A DNA stretch of 64,000 bases from Candidatus Woesearchaeota archaeon (lineage in GTDB: Archaea; Nanobdellota; Nanobdellia; Woesearchaeales; JABGXB01): contig JABGXB010000003.1 in the NCBI GenBank assembly GCA_018675975.1, positions 2,181 to 66,180 of the forward strand, given 5' to 3'. How positions within the stretch are numbered: position 1 is the first letter of the stretch; every line of letters begins with the position of its first letter. A program made the position numbers and the translations under genes. Positions 46,758-56,042 of the stretch are shown in pieces. The notes beneath the pieces were generated by a model that saw nothing but the letters and a program-made list of their open reading frames with translations, made no database searches and was not told the DNA's origin.

Positions 46758-48833
46758 ATGGTAACTAAAAAAACAAATAAAATATTTAGTATTATATTAT
46801 TAGTTTTAATAGCATTAGTTCCATTTACAACAGCAGTAAATGTATGTCAGAATTTTAATAATGATTATGCTATTGCAGCTTCAAGTTTTGTAAAAGAAAA
46901 ATGTTATGATTGTCAAAATGTAATTATTATAGGAGATGATTATGTTGTTCCAAGTTATAGAAGAAATTTATTATTTGCAAATAATCCATTAACTAGTCAA
47001 ACATCTAATTATATTAGTGATACAATAATTACAGATTCTTCATATATTCCTAGAACAACAAAATTATTTTCTGAATTTGATAATATGTTTAAACTTGATA
47101 ATAAATATCAAGGAAAAGATGTGGTAATAATTTTACCTAATAGAGATGATGCACAAAAATTTGAATTTGATGTTAATGAAACAAAAAAAGTATTAGAAGT
47201 AGAGGGTTACAAACCAAATTTTAAACAAGATATTTATGGAACTCATGTAACTTGTGATAGAAGTTCATTTTATGGTAGACAATTAGTGGATAAAACTTTA
47301 ATTATAATTGGAACTGAAGAAACAAATAATGCTTTAAAATGTTATAATTTATTTTCAACCGATGATACAACTGATTCAATTTTAATGGAAAAAAACCAAT
47401 GGGATTTGGAGGAAGACGCTTTTATAATTTATACTGATGATGTAGATTTATTAAAAAGTGCAAATAATTTAATTGCTGATAAAGAAATTAAAAAATTAAA
47501 AGGATACAGTGCTTATGTAATAAAAGTAACTTCTCAAGTAGTTTCAAATGTTGCATTTACTATAGCTCTTGCAGCATTTATGGCATCTGGTGCTGGACTT
47601 GTAACCGTAGCGGTTGCAGGAACTATTACAGCTGTTGCCAGTACTGTTGATGCAATTGATGATGGAACACAAGTTGTTAATGATTGTTTTGTAAATAAAG
47701 ATGGTATTGGGAATTGTGCATTTTCAATAAGTTTAATTTTTTTACCAGGGATAATAGATGAAGGTGCAAAAGGAATTAAAAGAGCTTTAGGGCCTGAATT
47801 TTCAACAAGATTTACAAAATATGTTGGAACATTAAGTTCAAGGGCAATTAGAAATGCAGAATTTTTAAGAGATGAATATTTTCCTAAAGATGTTTTTAAA
47901 AAAATATATTTTTATGGGACAGAAGATTTTATCAAAGGATTAGAAAATATATTTGGTGATACCCTATTAGACATTGATAGATTTACTAGGAAAGTAAGAG
48001 TTTCTAATAAATTAAATCCTGAATTAATTTCTCTTCATCAAAAAGTTACACAATCTAGGTTCATAGTATTAGCTGGAAGATTAAACCAAAATATAGTTAG
48101 GCAATTTTTAAGTGAATTTAGTATGAGTTTTATTGAAAAAATAAAATTTACAAGATATTGGGACATCGTTGAATTTTATTGGGCAAATGTAAAAGCAAGT
48201 ATTACATTTAATGATCTTAAAAAAAATCAACTACTAACACTAATAAAGAATTATAAATATTCGAGAATAAAAAATAGTGAACCTGATAAAATAATGGGTA
48301 ATTTTGGAGAAAGTATTGTTAATTTTCATGCGAATCAAAGAGGTTTATCAAATATATTAGACGGTAAAAAATTAGATTATAATAAAAATCCCTATAAGGA
48401 TAATATGGATCATATATTTTATGATTCTAAAAATAAACAATATGTAATTGTAGAAACTAAATATTCATCTACTCCAGATAGAAAAATTATTGAATTAAAA
48501 GATAAAAATTTAGGTGTTGATAAAGAAGGTAATTTTCAATTATCAAATAATTGGATTGATTTTAATATAAAAAAAATGAAGGATTCTGGTATACCTGAAT
48601 ATGAACAAGTTGCTGATATATTAGAAAAAAATAAAAATAATATTAGAAAAGAATATTATTTAGTACATGGAAATAAAAAAATATCAGGAAATACATTTAA
48701 TGATGATTTAGTTAAAAAAAATCTAGATACTACAATTTCTGGAAAACATTATACAAAAGATCAAACACCAGGTGTTGATAGAGTAAATATAATTGAATTA
48801 GGATATGAGGTATTTGAAAATGATATTAAATAA
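46758..48833 (+). CDS. Exported protein with a central hydrophobic hairpin and a C-terminal NERD / PD-(D/E)xK nuclease-like domain
   Basis: Signal peptide MVTKKTNKIFSIILLVLIALVPFTTA. Hydrophobic segments VAFTIALAAFMASGAGLVTVAVAGTITAVA and CAFSISLIFLPGII. C-terminal GNFGESIVNF...MDHIFYD...YVIVETKYS (G-x-x-GE ... D ... E-x-K). The start is 1 nt after the S8 gene stop. Confidence 0.7.
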   Translation: MVTKKTNKIFSIILLVLIALVPFTTAVNVCQNFNNDYAIAASSFVKEKCYDCQNVIIIGDDYVVPSYRRNLLFANNPLTSQTSNYISDTIITDSSYIPRTTKLFSEFDNMFKLDNKYQGKDVVIILPNRDDAQKFEFDVNETKKVLEVEGYKPNFKQDIYGTHVTCDRSSFYGRQLVDKTLIIIGTEETNNALKCYNLFSTDDTTDSILMEKNQWDLEEDAFIIYTDDVDLLKSANNLIADKEIKKLKGYSAYVIKVTSQVVSNVAFTIALAAFMASGAGLVTVAVAGTITAVASTVDAIDDGTQVVNDCFVNKDGIGNCAFSISLIFLPGIIDEGAKGIKRALGPEFSTRFTKYVGTLSSRAIRNAEFLRDEYFPKDVFKKIYFYGTEDFIKGLENIFGDTLLDIDRFTRKVRVSNKLNPELISLHQKVTQSRFIVLAGRLNQNIVRQFLSEFSMSFIEKIKFTRYWDIVEFYWANVKASITFNDLKKNQLLTLIKNYKYSRIKNSEPDKIMGNFGESIVNFHANQRGLSNILDGKKLDYNKNPYKDNMDHIFYDSKNKQYVIVETKYSSTPDRKIIELKDKNLGVDKEGNFQLSNNWIDFNIKKMKDSGIPEYEQVADILEKNKNNIRKEYYLVHGNKKISGNTFNDDLVKKNLDTTISGKHYTKDQTPGVDRVNIIELGYEVFENDIK

Positions 48834-51798
48834 AAAATTATTTTTTATATTATTTTTTGTATTATTGTTTCAATTAACTCAAGTTAGTTCTATTAATTAT
48901 GAAACTGCAGCTGTTTCTAGAATAGTTGGAGATAAACCTGAAGACTTAATTAATCAATTAGAAAATAAGGATTTGAAAATTGATCACGCGACTTATTATT
49001 CAGATATTAATTTTAAAACACCACAATACAAGTATTTATTTGATGAAATTTTTGATAGCAATGAATTTTATCCAATTTACAATTATAATTGGATTAATAC
49101 TGATAATCTAAAAAAAAATCAATTATTTATAATAGAAACTCATGGTGATGTAAATAAAGATAAAGTCTATAGTTCTGGAATTATTAACACATTAAAACCA
49201 AATGAAAAATGGGTTTCAGATTTTTCAAAAGCTGAACCTTTATTTATTTTTAATACGGATTATGCTGGTTTATCTATTCCTAAAAAAGATACTTATGTAA
49301 ATAAATTAGCAAGATATTCAAGTATAATTGCACCTAATGGTAACAAAAATAAAGAATTTAATTTTGTTTTATTATGTTCATTATTAGATTCAAAAAATTT
49401 AGGAGAATTATATAGAGATGCGAGAAATAAATTTAGTACACGTCAATATGCTTTTCAAAATGAATTAAATTCAGAAACTTTAATGTCTTATCACTTATAT
49501 GCAAATCCATTAAATGAATATAGGGTTTCAAACTACAATCATGAAGTTCAAGATTCTATGTGTAATCAAGGATTTCATTTTGGCGATTATGAGCCTCTTT
49601 CTTTTGAAAGTTTAAGTATTAAAGAAAATAAAATAAATGATCTTGTTTTTTATGATGTTATTATTGAAAATGACGGTTACTTAGATATTATTAATATTTC
49701 AGGTGCTGACTATATTGAGAATCCTAAAGGTTCTTCTTTACCTTTAATAATATCTGAATATGAAATTCCTAAAAAGTCAAATAACATATCAGTTAAAGGA
49801 GATTTAACTTTTTTTAATAATTATAATTTGAATTTATTATATAATGAAACGGAGTGTTTAAATTCAAGTAAATCAATAAATTATTTTGAAACATTAGATA
49901 AATATAAAAAAATAGTTACTGTTGTAATTAATCCAATTCAAACAAATAATTGTTTAACAAAATCATATAGTGTATATAATGGCGGAGAAATAGAAATTAA
50001 TTTTAATCCTAATGAAGATATTTTTATAACAGATATTCAAACACCAGATTTTATTTTACCAAATAAAAAAGACAATGTAATAATTAATTTTGATAAATAT
50101 GTAGGAAATGATTTGGGTAATTTATCAATTTATGAAAATGGAGATATAATATTTACAACTCAATTAAATATAAATGATACTTATTTAAATATTTCAATTG
50201 ATGGTAAAGAGAAAGAAAGTTTAAGTGAGTACAAAATTTATTATGAGAAAAATAATGAAAGTGAAATAATTAATTCATTTAATATTTATACTAAACTATT
50301 AGATATTAATACAAAATTAACTCAAATAAATTCAACAGATGCAAAAATTATTTATGATATTTTCAATTATGATAATAAAACAATTCCTTTATTTGTTATA
50401 AGTAAGGTTTATCATAATAATGATATATTTCATATAGCTCAAAGTCAAATGTTAATTAGACCGGATTTTAATTATATAGATCATAATTCGTTTAAATTAA
50501 ATTATGAAGATAATGGAAGTTATAAATCTGAACATAAGTTTGAATATGGTGATAATATTCGTTCTGGAAATGATATTTTAATTAGAAATAAACCTCCAAT
50601 GATAAAATTAAATAATTATGATGAAACAAAGGACTATATCGAAGTTACTGAGGGTGAAGAATACAAAATAGATTTTGAAATTATTGATGATTCAGATAAT
50701 TTTGATTTTGATGTATCTACATTACATGGAACCTTTTCTCTAGAAACTAATAATTATAAATCTGATGTGGGAAGAATTATACCAAATGAATACTATACTG
50801 ATAAAATAAATATTACTGTAAATGATTCAGAATTTAAGACAAGTAAATCTTTAAATATTAAAATAAATAAATTTGACTTAATTACAAATTTTAATTTTAA
50901 AGAAATAAATGGAAATTATATCCCTCTTGATAATAGAAAAAACTTTAGTTTTTTGATATTTAATAATATAGTAAATTTAACTCCAGGTTGGACTTTAATT
51001 GCTTCAGATGGCAAATTAGCATATCAAAATATAAATGAATCTTGTCCTAATTCAATTGTTTATTTTTATAATGGTGATTGGCATAAAAATAATTTTACAA
51101 TTCCAGCGGATATGGGTTTTTGGATTCTAGCAAAAGATAAATGTCAAATTGATTTAAATAGATATGATGTTAGAACTAGTAATCTTGATCGTTGGGGTCC
51201 TGGATTTAGTAAACAAAAAATAACTCAACAAGAATATAATTTGTTAACTCTACCAGAAATTGATGAAGAAGAAAATACTACTTATGCATTTCCAGATAAT
51301 GAATATAAAAATGGTTGGCATTTAATTTCATTAAATAAATTAATTAAAGATGGTCAAATAGATGAATGGGGTATTTGTAAAAATTATATAAATAAAATAT
51401 GGATATATGATAAAAAGAAATGGGTTAGTATATTAAGTTTAGAAGATAATTATACATTTGATAGAAATGTTGGTGTATGGGTATTATGTGGTAATAAAAA
51501 TATGAATAGTTTTACAATTGAAAATCCATATGATTTTCCAATTAGTTTTGATTTTCATACTTCAGTTAAAAAAACATCAATTAATGGAGAGAAAACTGGA
51601 AATTTTCTTAATTATGATATATATGATATTTTAGATTATTATTATAATTTTTATTTAAAACAAAATGAATTAATTTATTTTGCTGACATTATTAAAGATT
51701 TAAAAGTAAATGAAAGTTATTCAGAAGCAGATTTAATAATTATATTATCAAATGAAGATGGTGTTCCATATTTAACAAAATCTGGCATAATTAAATAA
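48820..51798 (+). CDS. Large secreted protein, unknown function (track ORF starts at 48805; the ATG at 48820 is preceded by GAGGT)
   Basis: Signal peptide MILNKKLFFILFFVLLFQLTQVSS. N/Y/I-rich beta-type sequence. Overlaps the upstream gene by 14 nt. Confidence 0.65.
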   Translation: MILNKKLFFILFFVLLFQLTQVSSINYETAAVSRIVGDKPEDLINQLENKDLKIDHATYYSDINFKTPQYKYLFDEIFDSNEFYPIYNYNWINTDNLKKNQLFIIETHGDVNKDKVYSSGIINTLKPNEKWVSDFSKAEPLFIFNTDYAGLSIPKKDTYVNKLARYSSIIAPNGNKNKEFNFVLLCSLLDSKNLGELYRDARNKFSTRQYAFQNELNSETLMSYHLYANPLNEYRVSNYNHEVQDSMCNQGFHFGDYEPLSFESLSIKENKINDLVFYDVIIENDGYLDIINISGADYIENPKGSSLPLIISEYEIPKKSNNISVKGDLTFFNNYNLNLLYNETECLNSSKSINYFETLDKYKKIVTVVINPIQTNNCLTKSYSVYNGGEIEINFNPNEDIFITDIQTPDFILPNKKDNVIINFDKYVGNDLGNLSIYENGDIIFTTQLNINDTYLNISIDGKEKESLSEYKIYYEKNNESEIINSFNIYTKLLDINTKLTQINSTDAKIIYDIFNYDNKTIPLFVISKVYHNNDIFHIAQSQMLIRPDFNYIDHNSFKLNYEDNGSYKSEHKFEYGDNIRSGNDILIRNKPPMIKLNNYDETKDYIEVTEGEEYKIDFEIIDDSDNFDFDVSTLHGTFSLETNNYKSDVGRIIPNEYYTDKINITVNDSEFKTSKSLNIKINKFDLITNFNFKEINGNYIPLDNRKNFSFLIFNNIVNLTPGWTLIASDGKLAYQNINESCPNSIVYFYNGDWHKNNFTIPADMGFWILAKDKCQIDLNRYDVRTSNLDRWGPGFSKQKITQQEYNLLTLPEIDEEENTTYAFPDNEYKNGWHLISLNKLIKDGQIDEWGICKNYINKIWIYDKKKWVSILSLEDNYTFDRNVGVWVLCGNKNMNSFTIENPYDFPISFDFHTSVKKTSINGEKTGNFLNYDIYDILDYYYNFYLKQNELIYFADIIKDLKVNESYSEADLIIILSNEDGVPYLTKSGIIK

Positions 51799-51852
51799 AT
51801 TTAAAATAAGCTTATAAATCTTAAAAGAGATTAAAATAATAAGGTGATACTT

Positions 51853-52239
51853 ATGGATATAACACTATTCTTTGCTCAATTTTGGGGACTTTATATGTTA
51901 ATAATAGGATTATTAATATTTTTTAATAAAAGTCTTATGAAAGAAATGATTAAATTAACAAGCGATAAAGTATTTTTATTTGTTAGCGGATTCTTATCTT
52001 TAATTTTAGGATTATTTACTGTATTATTACACAACCTATGGGTAAGTGATTGGAGAGTAATTATAACTATTTTTGGATGGTTAGCTTTGCTTAAAGGTAT
52101 ATTAATACTTGGATGTCCAGATTTTACTAAAAGAATTTCAAAACATTATAATAAAAATTTATCTACAGCTAATGTACAAATAACAATAATGGTAATCGTA
52201 GCATTATATGTAACATTAAAAGGATTTGGCTTATATTAA
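51853..52239 (+). CDS. Small membrane protein (4 TM), unknown function
   Basis: The ATG at 51853 is preceded by AAGGTGA with 6-nt spacing (the track ORF starts at the GTG at 51844). Hydrophobic throughout. Confidence 0.55.
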   Translation: MDITLFFAQFWGLYMLIIGLLIFFNKSLMKEMIKLTSDKVFLFVSGFLSLILGLFTVLLHNLWVSDWRVIITIFGWLALLKGILILGCPDFTKRISKHYNKNLSTANVQITIMVIVALYVTLKGFGLY

Positions 52240-52409
52240 TTTTTTTTTATTTTTTTAATATTTCTTTCTAAGTGACTGAACATAATAAGTTGGAAAATAA
52301 TAACTAACAATAAAAATAAATTAAAATGAATAAGAAAAATAATTATTACTTATTTTAATTAATTATAACACATAATTGGCTCTAATTTTAACATAAAAAT
52401 ATAATTAAA

Positions 52410-52946
52410 TTAAATTTTTTGATCAAAAATATCTAATGTTAAATTAGTAGAAATATTTAGAACATTTTGTTTTAATTGTTTTTCTTTAAAATCATTATCA
52501 ATATAGAAAAATTTACCTTCAGCTGTATTAGTTTGTAAAATAGGAATACCTTTTTTAACAATATTTGAAATAAGTTTTTTAATTGTATTCTCAGGAATAG
52601 AAATTTCTTGTGATATTAAACTTAATGGTTTAGTATTATTTTCATCTCTAAAAATAGATAAAAATATATCAGTTTCACGTTCATTTAAAAGAGGAGTTAT
52701 ATTTTTATTTATTGGTTTAGTGGAACCTAAATTATTTTTAATAAATTCAATAGAATCTTCTAATTTTAATAATCTATTATCAAAATCACATAATAATTCA
52801 GAAATGTATTCAACCTCGTTAGTATTATCATTTATTGAATCTAAATGATCTTCTAATTCTAATCTTAAATTTTTAAAAGATTGCCTAATATTTTTCTCTA
52901 AAAAATTGAGTCTATTGCCTAAACCTAGATGTTTTTCATCAAACAC
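52410..52946 (-). CDS. Putative regulator: N-terminal coiled coil plus C-terminal winged-helix-like domain
   Basis: LRLELEDHLDSINDNTNEVEYI is a coiled-coil pattern. C-terminal LSLISQEISIPENTIKKLISNIVKKGIPI looks helix-turn-helix-like. Confidence 0.45.
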   Translation of the reverse strand: MFDEKHLGLGNRLNFLEKNIRQSFKNLRLELEDHLDSINDNTNEVEYISELLCDFDNRLLKLEDSIEFIKNNLGSTKPINKNITPLLNERETDIFLSIFRDENNTKPLSLISQEISIPENTIKKLISNIVKKGIPILQTNTAEGKFFYIDNDFKEKQLKQNVLNISTNLTLDIFDQKI

Positions 52947-53014
52947 TAAAATACCCCTCTTTAATTAAAATATATTTGTTCAGATTTATAAAATGATATT
53001 ATCACTAATTAGTT

Positions 53015-53443
53015 TTAACTCCACCTGTATAAGTCACTCATAAATTTATTTAAATCATATTTATTTAAAATACTCATAACGTTTAAAAGTCTTGGATCCA
53101 TACAGATATAATCATCTCTTGGCACATAAATAATATTTGTATCTCCATTAAAAATTATTTTTTTAACTTTAAATGGAGTACTTTCCTCTAATTGAGTTAA
53201 ATGATTTAATTCTATTTTTTTGCACATGAAACTTGGTAATAAATATACACCAGAAAATAATGAATTTACAAGTTCAGGATTGCTTTTATATTTTTTAAAA
53301 AATTTATCCGATAATTTAACTAAACATTCACCATTATCAAAATCAATAGACTCATGATTGTTTTCTTGAGCAATTCTACACAAAACTGAAATTGGATTAA
53401 ATTGATTTATTGCATATAAATTAAATTTAAGCGTATAACTCAT
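53015..53443 (-). CDS. Hypothetical protein
   Basis: 142-aa ORF. No motif recognised. Confidence 0.45.
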   Translation of the reverse strand: MSYTLKFNLYAINQFNPISVLCRIAQENNHESIDFDNGECLVKLSDKFFKKYKSNPELVNSLFSGVYLLPSFMCKKIELNHLTQLEESTPFKVKKIIFNGDTNIIYVPRDDYICMDPRLLNVMSILNKYDLNKFMSDLYRWS

Positions 53444-53825
53444 AATTTTCCTTTTTTTTTATAATTTATAAGAATAATTAAAATCCATTGTTTATAAAAG
53501 ACTTAAATAAATACTGAATTTCAAACGATTTGCATCTCAAAGTATTAGAAAACCATTCAATTTCAACTTTCATTTATAAACAAAACATCAATAAATTAGA
53601 TCAAAAAAATTGTCGGAATATTCCATTAATGATAAAATTCAATACAATTGTAAAATTTCAATACAATTAATTACAAATATAGACAAACCTACATTTGTAA
53701 AATAAAATCTCGACAATTGAGATTAAGGTGAAACAAATGTAAAGGTGTAGTTGTAAGTTAAATTTATGAAAAATAGTATCAAAATAAGGGGTTAGTATAG
53801 TTATGTCGGAATAATGTGCAAATTA

Positions 53826-54236
53826 TTAATTTTCACCAATAATATCTGTTAAAATTTTCACCTCATAGTTTGCTAAACTACATCTAGTTGAAAGTCCTTC
53901 TAATTTTTCATTTGCAGTTTTTTTTCTTCTTTCAACCATAGCTAATCTATCAGATCCATTTAATGGTAAAATATCAGTTTTTTTTCGATCAAATAATTCT
54001 AAATATAATTCATTAGATGTCATTATAGGAAATATTGCATAACTTTCACTAGTGTCACTATTAAAAAAACCTGTTTTTTCTTTTAATCCAATAGTTAAAC
54101 TATCATAATCTTTTTTACTCATAATTTCAAAAAATTGTTCTTCAGTAGTTGGAACTGAAAAACAATTATAGAGTATTAAATTTCCAATGTATGGTAAATT
54201 CCCTAAAAATTCTTGAAAAAAACTATTTTCTGACAT
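53826..54236 (-). CDS. Hypothetical protein
   Basis: 136-aa ORF, less N/K-biased than its neighbours. No motif recognised. Confidence 0.45.
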   Translation of the reverse strand: MSENSFFQEFLGNLPYIGNLILYNCFSVPTTEEQFFEIMSKKDYDSLTIGLKEKTGFFNSDTSESYAIFPIMTSNELYLELFDRKKTDILPLNGSDRLAMVERRKKTANEKLEGLSTRCSLANYEVKILTDIIGEN

Positions 54237-54344
54237 AAATTATTCTGAAATTTTTATTTTATAAACATTCATTATAATTTAATATAGTATATTAATGATA
54301 ATAAACTATATAAAGAAAACGATAAAAATATCATTGGAAACACT

Positions 54345-54872
54345 ATGGAAGAATATCATTTTTATTTAAAAGACCAGGCTGATAAACAATCAAGATTTGC
54401 TTTTTTTTCAAGAGCTGAGTTAAGTGATACATTTCAATCTAAACGTCAATTAACATCATTATTTGATTTAAGGTTACGGGAACCAATTTTAACTCAAGAA
54501 TTATATCAAAATGGTGAATATCATCCAATTTTATTATCAAAATCAGATACTAATGGAAGTCCATTTACTCTGGGCAGAAATAGCAATTTATATCTTTTAA
54601 CAGGTACTGTATGTACATTATTTCCTGAGGAGAAAATAACAGAGGGTGAGAGAACATTCGACAGTGAAAAATCATTATTATTATTTAGTAAACAAAAATT
54701 AGAAAATGAAGGAAATAATTTAACATTAGATGTAGTACTTGAACAAGCTAAAAAATATGGTGGGAGTTTAAATTTAATGAGACCAACTTTAAAAAAATTA
54801 AGTAATTTAGAAGTACCTGAAAGAGTTTTAAATAATGAAACAATTTATTGGTTTGAATTAAGAGAATATTAA
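54345..54872 (+). CDS. Hypothetical protein
   Basis: 175-aa ORF, less N/K-biased than its neighbours. No motif recognised. Confidence 0.5.
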   Translation: MEEYHFYLKDQADKQSRFAFFSRAELSDTFQSKRQLTSLFDLRLREPILTQELYQNGEYHPILLSKSDTNGSPFTLGRNSNLYLLTGTVCTLFPEEKITEGERTFDSEKSLLLFSKQKLENEGNNLTLDVVLEQAKKYGGSLNLMRPTLKKLSNLEVPERVLNNETIYWFELREY

Positions 54873-54874
54873 AA

Positions 54875-55468
54875 TTAATTATTTAATGCAGTTAATGCAA
54901 GACTTTCTATTCCATCGACTATTAAGTTTACCATACCACCACCAAAAGAATTTTCTTCAATTAAAATTTCTGTTATTGCGTCAGTATGTACTATTAATAT
55001 AAAACCCTGTGAATATTGTTTTAGATTACCTGAATTATCTGTATATTCAGCTTCAAGTAAACCTTCAAATTTTTCTGTAACTAATGGCCTTAAAGGTAAA
55101 TTTAATGTATAAGATTCTTCATTATTAAATTGAAAATCACCATCAATATTTAATTTAAAATAATCATTATCTCGAACTAATAATGGTAATTTATTAGATG
55201 ACAATAATTTATTGATTAAAGGTATATATTTGTTAAAGTTTCCTTCTGTAGACTTAAATGATAATTCTAAATTATGAAAAATAAGATTATTTAAATTCTC
55301 ACCTGTTATAGTAATGGGTTTATCTTTGTAAATATCTATTGAATTTTGTCCGAATTGACTTATATTTCCAATATCATCCTTTAAAGTTAATCTAGGTTCA
55401 GCAATTACTAAATAAAAACTCATACATAATATTATAAAAAAATAAAAAATTAATCTATTATATTTCAT
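54875..55468 (-). CDS. Hypothetical exported protein
   Basis: Signal peptide MKYNRLIFYFFIILCMSFYLVIA, then beta-rich sequence. Confidence 0.5.
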   Translation of the reverse strand: MKYNRLIFYFFIILCMSFYLVIAEPRLTLKDDIGNISQFGQNSIDIYKDKPITITGENLNNLIFHNLELSFKSTEGNFNKYIPLINKLLSSNKLPLLVRDNDYFKLNIDGDFQFNNEESYTLNLPLRPLVTEKFEGLLEAEYTDNSGNLKQYSQGFILIVHTDAITEILIEENSFGGGMVNLIVDGIESLALTALNN

Positions 55469-55684
55469 AATTTATTTTTGTTAAATTTCATTTAAAAACA
55501 TTACTAAAATTAGATTAAATTTGAGATTTAAATAATATAATAATAAATTGAAATTAATAGTATTTATTTTGATAATAATCATTATTAATTACTTATTTAT
55601 TATTATCAAAACTGTGATTAAATCAATTAACTTATTTTTTAATAAAATACAAATATTAATAAATCAAAAAACAAGAATAATATT

Positions 55685-56041
55685 ATGGCCTGGTTAGGAT
55701 TTTTAATTACAATAACAATTGCATTTTTTATGACTAGTTTAGGTTTTTTAACATCTAAAAAATTATTTAAATTAAATTTAGATGGATCTACAAATACACT
55801 TTGCAGTATTTTAATTGCATTAATATCGGCAATATCAGGTATAATTTTTGTAAACAGCACAAAAACTAGTATGGTTGTATCATTTTTATTAGGAGTCTTA
55901 ATATCTTCATATTTATTAGTTAAAAAATTAAATTGCAGCAAACAAATTGCAACAAAAACATCAGTAACTGCAATAATAATGAGTTATTTTTTTGCTGCAG
56001 TATTTATTACAATATACAAATTAAGTATAATTTTCATATAA
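55685..56041 (+). CDS. Small membrane protein
   Basis: 118 aa, 4 hydrophobic helices. Preferred over the antisense ORF 55639-55941 because it is followed 1 nt later by a second co-directional membrane ORF. Confidence 0.5.
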   Translation: MAWLGFLITITIAFFMTSLGFLTSKKLFKLNLDGSTNTLCSILIALISAISGIIFVNSTKTSMVVSFLLGVLISSYLLVKKLNCSKQIATKTSVTAIIMSYFFAAVFITIYKLSIIFI

Positions 56042-56042
56042 A

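Noticed and set aside
55639-55941. 100-aa minus-strand ORF overlapping 55685-56041.
   Set aside because: The plus-strand frame encodes a clean 4-TM protein and is followed 1 nt later by a second co-directional membrane ORF. The minus-strand product has no such organisation.
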